DNA of 64,000 nucleotides from Nibricoccus sp. (GCA_047602425.1 JASGHG010000001.1:2336001-2400000); one strand, 5' to 3'; counted from the stretch's first letter, positions 52,913 through 59,381 are shown. Program-made: numbers and translations. The notes: a model not told the origin generated them from the letters alone.

Positions 52913-52987
52913 GCCTGAGAGGTGTTGATAGATACACGACCGTCTTCCAAGCGGATGTAGCCGGCGCGATACCGGCCTCGGGCACCA
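52913..52987 (+). tRNA. tRNA-Gly(TCC), A73
   Basis: GCCTGAG/CTCGGGC acceptor, loop CTTCCAA, CCA. Confidence 0.8.
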
Positions 52988-52994
52988 TTTTTAT

Positions 52995-53072
52995 AGCAGG
53001 ATGGAGGAGCGGCCGTCCTCACCAGCCTCATAAGCTGCGAGATCGCTGGTTCAAATCCAGCTCCTGCTACCA
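52995..53072 (+). tRNA. tRNA-Met(CAT), initiator-like
   Basis: A11-U24 pair, loop CTCATAA; the only array member with canonical D-loop GG and T-loop TTCAAAT. Confidence 0.8.
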
Positions 53073-53078
53073 TTTCAT

Positions 53079-53153
53079 ACGGACGTGGCAGACAAGCAAT
53101 GCAGCGGTCTCCAAAACCGCCTTATGGGGGAGCGATACCCTCCGTCCGTGCCA
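53079..53153 (+). tRNA. tRNA-Trp(CCA)
   Basis: GCGGT-CTCCAAA-ACCGC, G73, CCA. Confidence 0.85.
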
Positions 53154-53250
53154 ATTTGCAATATGAAGAGTAACACTTCGCCGAGGGCGAAGGACGAGTA
53201 AAAGTCTCGTTGAAGCAATGTGCGGCTCCGCGTTCAGCGGGGCTGTATCT

Positions 53251-53326
53251 GGAGGTTAGGCCGATCTAGTGATGGCACGTGGTTGAAGCCCACGAGAGCG
53301 CGGCGCAAAACCGCGAGCCTCCACCA
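53251..53326 (+). tRNA. tRNA-Phe(GAA)
   Basis: CGTGG-TTGAAGC-CCACG, CCA. Confidence 0.8.
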
Positions 53327-53334
53327 ATTTTCAT

Positions 53335-53410
53335 CGGGGTGTAGCGTAGCAGCCAACGCGCTCGGCTTGGGACCGAAAGATCGCAGGTGCAACTCCTGTC
53401 ATCCCGACCA
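53335..53410 (+). tRNA. tRNA-Pro(TGG)
   Basis: C1-G72, A73, loop CTTGGGA, CCA. Confidence 0.85.
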
Positions 53411-53463
53411 GTTTTCCAGGTGTGTGGCCCAGTCAGCGGGGCACCGGCCCGTGACGCCGGGGA

Positions 53464-53526
53464 CGGAGCGAAGCGGAGATGGGGCCGCCGATAAGCGGAG
53501 GGCGTCATCCCCGAGCGTAGCGAGCC
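53464..53526 (-). mobile_element. Palindromic mini-element, reverse copy in the His tRNA variable loop
   Basis: CGGAGCGAAGCGGAGATGG...GAGCGTAGCGAGCC is the reverse complement of the family consensus. Confidence 0.65.
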
Positions 53527-53540
53527 AAATGGGTGCAATT

Positions 53541-53619
53541 GACTCGTATTCGACAAGCGGATACTCGGGCCTTCGGCCCGCACCTGCGGTGCGCCGTTCC
53601 GCGTAGGAACCACGCTCCA
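53541..53619 (+). mobile_element. Palindromic mini-element in the His tRNA T-loop
   Basis: GACTCG-hp-CTC-hp-hp-GCCGTTCCGC-hp-GCTCCA after TGCAATT. Confidence 0.7.
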
Positions 53620-53639
53620 CCCACCCACCTGACCATTTC

Positions 53640-53716
53640 GCTCGTGGAGGCGAAGTAGTCGAGGCAACCCTCTGTCTGAGGGGAGTAAGCCGGTGCGAGT
53701 CCGGTCGCGAGCGCCA
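53640..53716 (+). tRNA. tRNA-Asp(GTC)
   Basis: GCTCGTG/CGCGAGC acceptor, loop CTGTCTG, G73, CCA. Confidence 0.75.
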
Positions 53717-53723
53717 ATTCTAT

Positions 53724-53800
53724 CGAGGCGTAGCCAAGCAGCTAAGGCAGCTGGCCTACACCCAGCCATTCCGGGGGTGCAAGTCCCTCCGCCTCGACCA
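53724..53800 (+). tRNA. tRNA-Val(TAC)
   Basis: GCTGG-CCTACAC-CCAGC, CCA. Confidence 0.85.
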
Positions 53801-53806
53801 TTTGAT

Positions 53807-53881
53807 TCTGGAGTAGTTCAGCAGCAGAACGCCTGGCTGTTAACCAGGATGTCGCAGGGGCAGAACCTGCCTCCAGAGCCA
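53807..53881 (+). tRNA. tRNA-Asn(GTT)
   Basis: U1-A72, CCTGG-CTGTTAA-CCAGG, G73, CCA. Confidence 0.88.
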
Positions 53882-53885
53882 TTTT

Positions 53886-53961
53886 CGTCGGCGAGACGGC
53901 CAGTGAAGTCACCTGCCCGACATGCAGGCAACGCTCGGTGCGACACCGAGGCCGACGACCA
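53886..53961 (+). tRNA. tRNA-Val(GAC)
   Basis: CCTGC-CCGACAT-GCAGG, CCA. Confidence 0.82.
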
Positions 53962-54055
53962 TTTCCTTAGTTGTGTCGGAGGATTGGGCACAGCGAGGAG
54001 ATCAACTGGCCCGGCCACAGGCCGGAGACGAGTGCCTCCGCTCCGCCAGCACCAT

Positions 54056-54130
54056 CCGGACGTAGTGTAGCAGCAACATACTCGCCTCGGACGCGAGTGA
54101 CCGAGGGTGCAAATCCCTCCGTCCGGACCA
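54056..54130 (+). tRNA. tRNA-Pro(CGG), A37
   Basis: C1-G72, CTCGC-CTCGGAC-GCGAG, CCA. Confidence 0.85.
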
Positions 54131-54136
54131 ATTTTT

Positions 54137-54211
54137 TGCGGTGTCGTCTAACACGCAGGACAGCGGACTTTGAATCCGTTTGTGGAGGTGCGAATCCTCC
54201 CGCCGCAGCCA
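54137..54211 (+). tRNA. tRNA-Gln(TTG)
   Basis: U1-A72, GCGGA-CTTTGAA-TCCGT, G73, CCA. Confidence 0.88.
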
Positions 54212-54215
54212 GCCT

Positions 54216-54355
54216 TGGTCACAAGCTTTAATAGTTAAGCCGCCGGCTCTTAACCGGCAGAACTCGGAGCATTTGACTCGCGCATACGCGCTCGGGGCCT
54301 TGCCCCTAACCTGCTGGTTAGCCGCTCCGCGTTGCTCCGCCGAGGCGGCCCACCA
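54216..54355 (+). pseudogene. tRNA-Lys(CTT) interrupted in the T-loop
   Basis: GCCGG-CTCTTAA-CCGGC; T-stem CTCGG/CCGAG split by a 65-nt element; two acceptor mismatches. Confidence 0.7.
54275..54339 (+). mobile_element. Palindromic mini-element in the Lys(CTT) T-loop
   Basis: GACTCG-hp-CTC-hp-hp-GCCGCTCCGC-GTT-GCTCCG after AGCATTT. Confidence 0.7.
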
Positions 54356-54356
54356 T

Positions 54357-54433
54357 GGCTCGATGGCGCAGCATGTAGCGCAGCTCCCTCATAACGAGAA
54401 GGTCGCGGGGTGCGAATCCCGCTCGAGCCCCCA
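54357..54433 (+). tRNA. tRNA-Met/Ile(CAT), degenerate
   Basis: GGCTCGA/TCGAGCC acceptor, loop CTCATAA, imperfect anticodon stem, C73. Confidence 0.65.
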
Positions 54434-54440
54434 TTTTCAA

Positions 54441-54528
54441 CGGGACGTGGCAGAGCAGCAAATGCAACGCACTGTAAATGCGTCGGCTTTACAGCCTATC
54501 ACTGGTGCAAGTCCAGTCGGCCCGACCA
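54441..54528 (+). tRNA. tRNA-Tyr(GTA), C1-G72
   Basis: ACGCA-CTGTAAA-TGCGT, long variable arm, CCA. Confidence 0.85.
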
Positions 54529-54643
54529 CTTTCTCGGTCTCATGGGTGCCAACAACTCATGCTTTTGTCGGTTAAGGTTAAAACCGGCCAGCAGTTCTGG
54601 TGGATCAGAGCAATCGTTAGGTTTTTGCGTAAAAAACCAGTTT

Positions 54644-54719
54644 GCCTCTTAAGCATAGTTAGCGATGCAACTTCTTGGTAAGGAGTAGATGGTCGGCGCA
54701 CATCCGACAGGAGGCTCCA
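54644..54719 (+). tRNA. tRNA-Thr(GGT)
   Basis: GCCTCTT/AGGAGGC acceptor, loop TTGGTAA, CCA. Confidence 0.8.
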
Positions 54720-54726
54720 ATTTCAT

Positions 54727-54884
54727 GCGAGCGTGGCGGAATAGCATACGCGCCGGCCCGAGATGCCGGTGAGCGCAAGCTCATGAGGGTGCGATTGACT
54801 CGTATTCGACGAGCGAATACTCGGGCCTGCGGCCCATGCCTGACGGCATGCCGTTCCGCTTCGCTTCACCCTTCGTTCGCACCA
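54727..54884 (+). pseudogene. tRNA-Leu(GAG) interrupted in the T-loop
   Basis: CCGGC-CCGAGAT-GCCGG, long variable arm; T-stem GAGGG/CCCTT split by a 72-nt element; otherwise intact, CCA. Confidence 0.75.
54797..54868 (+). mobile_element. Palindromic mini-element in the Leu(GAG) T-loop
   Basis: GACTCG-hp-CTC-hp-hp-GCCGTTCCGC-TTC-GCTTCA after TGCGATT. Confidence 0.72.
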
Positions 54885-54890
54885 ATTTAT

Positions 54891-54980
54891 CGCGGCGTGG
54901 TTGGAATTAGTATACACAGCGGTCTCAAAATCCGCTGGGCTTCAACGCCCGTGCCGGTGCGAGTCCGGTCGCCGCGACCA
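54891..54980 (+). tRNA. tRNA-Leu(CAA)
   Basis: Loop CTCAAAA, long variable arm, CCA. Confidence 0.82.
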
Positions 54981-54981
54981 T

Positions 54982-55069
54982 GCGGCTGTGTGTGGAAAAG
55001 TAGACCAGGCGGTTTTAAAAACCGCTGCGCCTCTGGCGCGTGGGCGTGCAAGTCGCCCCAGCCGCACCA
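54982..55069 (+). tRNA. tRNA-Leu(TAA)
   Basis: GCGGT-TTTAAAA-ACCGC, long variable arm, CCA. Confidence 0.8.
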
Positions 55070-55078
55070 ATTTGATAT

Positions 55079-55165
55079 CGGCAAGTGATGGAACAAGCAT
55101 ACACGCGAGTCTCAGAAACTCGAGGGCGCGAGCCTGTGCAGGTGCAAATCCTGTCTTGCCGACCA
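55079..55165 (+). tRNA. tRNA-Leu(CAG), A37
   Basis: CGAGT-CTCAGAA-ACTCG, long variable arm, CCA. Confidence 0.85.
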
Positions 55166-55174
55166 TTTTACTAT

Positions 55175-55251
55175 CGCCCTGTCCTCTAACGAGCACAGGA
55201 GACCCGTTTCTCAAATGGGCAATGTGGGTGCAAGTCCCATCGGGGCGACCA
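55175..55251 (+). tRNA. tRNA-Glu(CTC)
   Basis: CCCGT-TTCTCAA-ATGGG, CCA. Confidence 0.82.
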
Positions 55252-55255
55252 TTGA

Positions 55256-55347
55256 CGCCGCGTAGTTCAAAGTGAACCGTCCGCCTTATAAACGGAATCG
55301 CGCTAGATGAGCGCCAGGCCCGGGAGCGTTACCCGGCGCGGCGACCA
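55256..55347 (+). tRNA. tRNA-Ile(TAT) with a long variable arm
   Basis: TCCGC-CTTATAA-ACGGA; variable hairpin GCGCT-AGATG-AGCGC; CCA. Confidence 0.72.
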
Positions 55348-55425
55348 ATTTGGGGCAGTGAGAACAGGGGTACTTCGTTCGAAACACGTCAAACAACACC
55401 TTGTTCATGTTTCTCCTCAATATAT

Positions 55426-55500
55426 GCCTCTTATGCGTAGTTAGCGACGCGCGGCGCTTGTACCGCTGAAAGGCCGGCGCAAATCCGGCAGGAGGCTCCA
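55426..55500 (+). tRNA. tRNA-Thr(TGT)
   Basis: CGGCG-CTTGTAC-CGCTG, CCA. Confidence 0.8.
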
Positions 55501-55504
55501 ATTT

Positions 55505-55579
55505 CTCCCTGTAGTGAAATAGCTATCACACGGCTCTGCGAAGGCCGAGATCCAGGTGCAAGTCCCGGCAGGGGGACCA
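55505..55579 (+). tRNA. tRNA-Arg(GCG)
   Basis: CGGCT-CTGCGAA-GGCCG, CCA. Confidence 0.8.
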
Positions 55580-55587
55580 TTTTTCAG

Positions 55588-55662
55588 CTCTGCGTGGTGA
55601 AATTATTATCATGTCGTGCTTCGAACGCGTCGTTGTGGCTGGGATTCCCGCCGCAGAGTCCA
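55588..55662 (+). tRNA. tRNA-Arg(TCG), degenerate T-arm
   Basis: CTCTGCG/CGCAGAG acceptor, loop CTTCGAA, CCA. Confidence 0.65.
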
Positions 55663-55704
55663 ATCTCGTTGTATCTATGCCGTGGTTTATTGCGGCGATA
55701 TTTT

Positions 55705-55777
55705 CTCCGCGTGGCCGAGAAGCTCAGGCCTCCGCCTTCTAAGCGGATCGACGCAGGTGCAAATCCTGTCGCGGAGA
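55705..55777 (+). tRNA. tRNA-Arg(TCT), CCA not encoded
   Basis: TCCGC-CTTCTAA-GCGGA, CTCCGCG/CGCGGAG acceptor. Confidence 0.8.
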
Positions 55778-55783
55778 CTTTAC

Positions 55784-55874
55784 GGAGGCGAAATCGGACA
55801 AGCGTGCCGACAACCGTTTGAAGCGGTCAGGGCGACTGCGTGTCGCTGGGGAGCATGACCTCTCGCCTCCGCCA
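55784..55874 (+). tRNA. tRNA-Ser(TGA)
   Basis: GGAGGCG/CGCCTCC acceptor, G73, long variable arm, loop TTTGAAG. Confidence 0.72.
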
Positions 55875-55880
55875 ATCTTT

Positions 55881-55966
55881 GGAGAGTAAAGCCGTGAAGC
55901 GCGGCGACCGGTTGGAAGCCGGCTCGGACCTCCGGGTCTGTGGGGCGGAACCACTGCTCTCCGCCA
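55881..55966 (+). tRNA. tRNA-Ser(GGA)
   Basis: GGAGAGT/GCTCTCC acceptor, G73, loop TTGGAAG, long variable arm. Confidence 0.75.
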
Positions 55967-55974
55967 AATTTGAT

Positions 55975-56200
55975 GGAGAGTGAATCCGCCGAGGTGCGGA
56001 CACTGTTTCGACGAAGCGAAGCGGAGATGGATCGACCGAAGGTCGACCCGCAGGGTGAGCGTAGCGAATCAAAGCAGATGGATTGCCGGCACAAAGACTC
56101 CGCTTTGTTCGTCGTGTTGCCCGCGTTGCGGGCGCCCACGCGACTACCCCTCGCTTCGCTCAGGGCTGCGCCATCTTCGTGCTGCGCACTCCGTCCGCCA
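55975..56200 (+). pseudogene. tRNA-Ser(CGA) disrupted by several palindromic insertions
   Basis: GGAGAGT 5' end, ACTGT-TTCGA, insert, AAAGCAG; ends TCCGCCA; a second degenerate element at about 56148-56193. Confidence 0.6.
56012..56070 (-). mobile_element. Palindromic mini-element, reverse copy in the Ser(CGA) anticodon loop
   Basis: CGAAGCGAAGCGGAGATGG-hp-hp-GAGCGTAGCGAATC followed by AA. Confidence 0.68.
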
Positions 56201-56204
56201 TCTT

Positions 56205-56278
56205 CCTCGTGTAGCTCAAAAGCAGAGCAATCGGCTGATAACCGATCGACGTCGGAGCGTTACCGAATGCGAGGACCA
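56205..56278 (+). tRNA. tRNA-Ile(GAT)
   Basis: ATCGG-CTGATAA-CCGAT, CCA. Confidence 0.85.
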
Positions 56279-56285
56279 TTTTTTC

Positions 56286-56373
56286 GGAGGGTTAATCCCG
56301 AGAGTCGGAAGCCGCGGTGCTAACGCGTGCGGCGGTGAAAGCCGCTGAGGGGCAGGACCTCAACCCTCCGCCA
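56286..56373 (+). tRNA. tRNA-Ser(GCT)
   Basis: GGAGGGT/ACCCTCC acceptor, G73, loop GTGCTAA, long variable arm. Confidence 0.75.
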
Positions 56374-56394
56374 TTTTTCATCGCGTGTGCGATT

Positions 56395-56474
56395 GACTCG
56401 TTTTCGCTAAAGCGAAACTCGGGGCCTTGCCCCGCACCTGCTGGTGCGCCGCTCCGCGCTCGATGAGCGTTGCG
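56395..56474 (+). mobile_element. Palindromic mini-element in an isolated T-arm remnant
   Basis: GCGTG-TGCGATT-[GACTCG...GCCGCTCCGC...GTTGCG]-CATGC; the 5' part of the host tRNA is missing. Confidence 0.65.
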
Positions 56475-56496
56475 CATGCCCGGCAGCATTTTTCAC

Positions 56497-56571
56497 TCTC
56501 TGCAAGCATAGGCAGCGATGCAGCGGTTTCGTAAACCGCAGAGGCCGGCGCACACCCGGCGCGGAGATCCA
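56497..56571 (+). tRNA. tRNA-Thr(CGT)
   Basis: GCGGT-TTCGTAA-ACCGC, TCTCTGC/GCGGAGA acceptor, CCA. Confidence 0.82.
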
Positions 56572-56691
56572 GTTTTTCAGTCAGACGGTTTTTGGACTGA
56601 GGAGTTAAACGCAAAAAAGAACACACACCCACGTTGGCTGAGCTGAGCCCAGCGGAGCTGTGCCATTTTTTAATTTATCCATTTCGTTCCC

Positions 56692-57327
56692 ATGAACACT
56701 AGCATTCTCGATAAACCCATCGTCCTGTCGCTTAACCGCGCCTGGCAGGTGATCGGCCACCGTACCGTGAAGCAGGCTCTCGTAGCTCTTAACGGTGGTT
56801 CGGCTGGTCTACCGCCTGCGCTCGGTCTCGACATTGCCTATCCGAAGCTCGACGACGGTGGTTGGAATTTCGACCGCCCGCTTTTCCTCAATCCACTTCC
56901 GTGGGTTGATTGGATCAATCTGCCGGTTCGTGAATTCGACTTCGTCGTTGCGACGCCGCGGATGCAAATCCGCGTGCCAACCGTTATCATCTCGACGCAA
57001 TATGATCGCATGCCGATTCGGCTTCCGCGGGTCACGCGCCAGGCGATTTTTGAGCGCGATGGTGGTATCTGCCAATACACCGGCGAGTACGTCGGCAAAG
57101 GCGGCGGTAATCTCGATCACGTTGTGCCCCGCGACCGCGGTGGCCGCGACAGCTTCGAGAACCTCGTCTGGGCAAAAAAGGAGATCAACTCGATGAAGGC
57201 TAACCGTCTTCCCCACGAGGCCGGTCTCCGACTGCTCCGCCGTCCGAAAACGCCCGCGCCGTTGCCCGCCGCCGCGGCCATCCGCGAGCCCAAACATCCT
57301 GACTGGCGCCACTTCCTCGCACACTGA
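56692..57327 (+). CDS. HNH endonuclease
   Basis: VLSLNRAWQ, TRQAIFERDGGICQYTG, LDHVVPRDRGG...ENLV...NSMKAN. Confidence 0.9.
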   Translation: MNTSILDKPIVLSLNRAWQVIGHRTVKQALVALNGGSAGLPPALGLDIAYPKLDDGGWNFDRPLFLNPLPWVDWINLPVREFDFVVATPRMQIRVPTVIISTQYDRMPIRLPRVTRQAIFERDGGICQYTGEYVGKGGGNLDHVVPRDRGGRDSFENLVWAKKEINSMKANRLPHEAGLRLLRRPKTPAPLPAAAAIREPKHPDWRHFLAH

Positions 57328-57396
57328 AACCCTGCGGTGGGGGAGTGGCCCAAGCCGACTCAACGACTTATCGCCTTTTCCGCAGGGCTAACTTCC

Positions 57397-58104
57397 ATGA
57401 ACACCGAATCAACATCTTCCATCGGGATCTCCGATGTCCTCGACATCGTAGATACTGCCCTGGCGACGATCTCCCGTCGTTTGCCGGTCCATGTTGGTCG
57501 TGAAGACTTGGCCACTGTTGGCAAGCTCGCGCTCATATCTGCGCTGGGCCAGTGCAGTGGTTCGGTCAGCGAGGTTCGCGCTTACTGCTTCGTGCGTGTG
57601 CGCGGTGCAATTCTGGACGAACTGCGCCGCCTCGATCCGCTTTCGCGCCGCCGCCGTGAACAAGTGACGGCGGTTGTTCGCGCCCAGGCAGAACTGAGCG
57701 CGCGCTTCAGCCGTGCAGCCACGCGGGCTGAAATCGCGGTGGCGACAAAACTGTCCATTGCCGAGGTCGCGGCCGTGCAGCACATGCTCGCTCAGGAATC
57801 GGAGTTTTCAGAAACGGAATTGGACATGTTGCCGGACACGGTAGCGCCAACGCCGGCTGAAACTTCTGAAACCGAGGACCTGCGTTTAAATCTGCGTGGC
57901 GCACTTCAACGGCTGTCAGGCAACCAGGCAGCGGTTCTGTACCGCTATTACTTCGATGAAGTGACGCTCGATGTAATCGCGGCCGAGATGGGCCTCTCGA
58001 AAGAGCGTGTCCGTCAGATCCGCGACGCCGGTGAGAAAAAACTCCGTGCTGACTTCATCGTCCTGTCGATCTGGCAGTCACTCTTTAATCACAGCCGGGA
58101 TTAG
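57397..58104 (+). CDS. Sigma-70 factor, FliA/WhiG-like
   Basis: RLPVHVGREDL...G.LALI, RVRGAILDELRRLDPLSR, TLDVIAAEMGLSKERVRQI. Confidence 0.85.
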   Translation: MNTESTSSIGISDVLDIVDTALATISRRLPVHVGREDLATVGKLALISALGQCSGSVSEVRAYCFVRVRGAILDELRRLDPLSRRRREQVTAVVRAQAELSARFSRAATRAEIAVATKLSIAEVAAVQHMLAQESEFSETELDMLPDTVAPTPAETSETEDLRLNLRGALQRLSGNQAAVLYRYYFDEVTLDVIAAEMGLSKERVRQIRDAGEKKLRADFIVLSIWQSLFNHSRD

Positions 58105-58124
58105 TCATCCCGGCTGCTTTGCTC

Positions 58125-58793
58125 ATGCGCTTTTTGGACAAACACACCATTCGGGACAAGCTGTTGCTTAGCCTTGAACGCGAGCGCAACCGGCTTAGGC
58201 AGGCGCAGCGAGATGCTCCGATTGTTCCGCTGGAACATCCTTACCAGCGTGGCTGGGTGAAGACGTTTCAACTTCGTGAGGATGTTTCACGTCGTCCGGA
58301 CGTTGCCATTTTCCGAACAATCTTGGCTGCCGTGAACCGGAAAGTTTTTTCCCGCAATCGAGAATTTCTAAATCCACGGGGAGAGGAAATCCTGCTGCGA
58401 CCGAAGAAACTCAGAATCGACCAGTGGAGAAAGCTGGCTTGGCCAGCCAGTCATCAGCGCTTCTTTGCTTTCGGGCATTGGCGAGCGGACGAAGAGGCAT
58501 GGATGCCTTTGCGGCTCCGCCGGCTGCTGCCCGGCTACAAGCTGGTGCATAACTGGTGGTTAGTAGAAGATACACAGCCGCATTTGATCACTCACCAGCG
58601 CGTGGAGCTTCCGGCAGTCCGCAAGCGCCTTGCAGAAATTGAGGCATACCTGAGCCATCGGCAGGGACACGAGCGACTCAACAAGCTTCATGGCCGGAGT
58701 GATTGGTGGCGCAGATTTGTGGAATCGCGTGCCGAAATTCGGACAAATTGCTTTATCGAAGAGCAGCTCGCCGCGAAATCCATACATGACTGA
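58125..58793 (+). CDS. Basic, Trp/Arg-rich hypothetical protein
   Basis: 222-aa ORF, co-oriented within the operon; VPLEHPYQRGWVKTFQLREDV. Confidence 0.65.
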   Translation: MRFLDKHTIRDKLLLSLERERNRLRQAQRDAPIVPLEHPYQRGWVKTFQLREDVSRRPDVAIFRTILAAVNRKVFSRNREFLNPRGEEILLRPKKLRIDQWRKLAWPASHQRFFAFGHWRADEEAWMPLRLRRLLPGYKLVHNWWLVEDTQPHLITHQRVELPAVRKRLAEIEAYLSHRQGHERLNKLHGRSDWWRRFVESRAEIRTNCFIEEQLAAKSIHD

Positions 58794-58887
58794 GCAGTCA
58801 TGTATTATTCCGACAACACGCTGTTTCGCGGCAAGGTCCTCTGGTATATTTTTCCAATCAAAACTAAGAAAAAGAAACAAAATACAT

Positions 58888-59376
58888 ATGAAAACGATCA
58901 CCCTTTCACACGCCCTGAAACACAAAAACCGTCTGGCCGGCGACGTCGCACGGCTGCGCGAAATCGTGCAACGCGAAAACTCACGCAAGGAATCGCAGCC
59001 GGCTCGCGCCGACGTGCGGGTTGCCTTCGACGATAGCGTCGCCCGTTCCCGCGAACTGGCTGCTTTCAAAGGTGCAATCGCCTCCGCAAATGCAGGCGTG
59101 CTTTCCGAGGATCGTGGTATCTATGCCAAGTTGAATCTTCAGGCCGAGCTGCGTGGCCTGATCGTCTTTATCAAGGGGCTCAACACCAAGGAGGGTGAAG
59201 AGGTTGAGCGCGTCGGCTTCATGAGTCGCGACGATGCCATCCGCACGGTCTACGTTGCAACGATTACCCGCGAGGAAGTTGATCGTCTGGTTGTCGCCTA
59301 TCAGAATGAAATCGAACGTTTGCAGGATGAAATCGACGAGTTCAACGCAACAACGCGCATTCCTTTGACCAACTAG
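58888..59376 (+). CDS. DIP1984-like coiled-coil protein
   Basis: ITLSHALKHKNRL...LK.AI..AN...EIERLQDEIDEFN pattern. Confidence 0.6.
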   Translation: MKTITLSHALKHKNRLAGDVARLREIVQRENSRKESQPARADVRVAFDDSVARSRELAAFKGAIASANAGVLSEDRGIYAKLNLQAELRGLIVFIKGLNTKEGEEVERVGFMSRDDAIRTVYVATITREEVDRLVVAYQNEIERLQDEIDEFNATTRIPLTN

Positions 59377-59381
59377 TCCTT

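Larger units (their letters stand above)
53417..53635 (+). pseudogene. tRNA with GTG (His) anticodon carrying two palindromic insertions
   Basis: CCGGC-CCGTGAC-GCCGG arm; insertions in the variable loop and T-loop; acceptor CAGGTG/CACCTG, A73, CCA. Confidence 0.6.
52337..56571 (+). other. tRNA gene array: about 37 tRNA genes or pseudogenes, all 20 amino acids
   Basis: Successive hand-folded cloverleaves, nearly all ending in encoded CCA and separated by short T-rich spacers. Confidence 0.92.

Noticed and set aside
53165..53215. Twister- or hammerhead-like words (TAACACT...TAAAAGT, TGAAGAG)
   Set aside because: I could not build the required pseudoknots or catalytic core; kept only as an unexplained structured spacer
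55279..55296. Possible ochre suppressor (TTA anticodon) reading of the tRNA at 55256
   Set aside because: That register gives no anticodon stem; the TAT register pairs TCCG/CGGA with a 7-nt loop
53464..56474. CRISPR interpretation of the recurring GACTCG...CCGC repeats
   Set aside because: Copies are irregularly spaced, variable in length, in both orientations and inside tRNA genes; no cas genes in the window
52226..56632. Many 60-230 aa ORFs across the array
   Set aside because: They overlap clear tRNA cloverleaves and show no protein motifs
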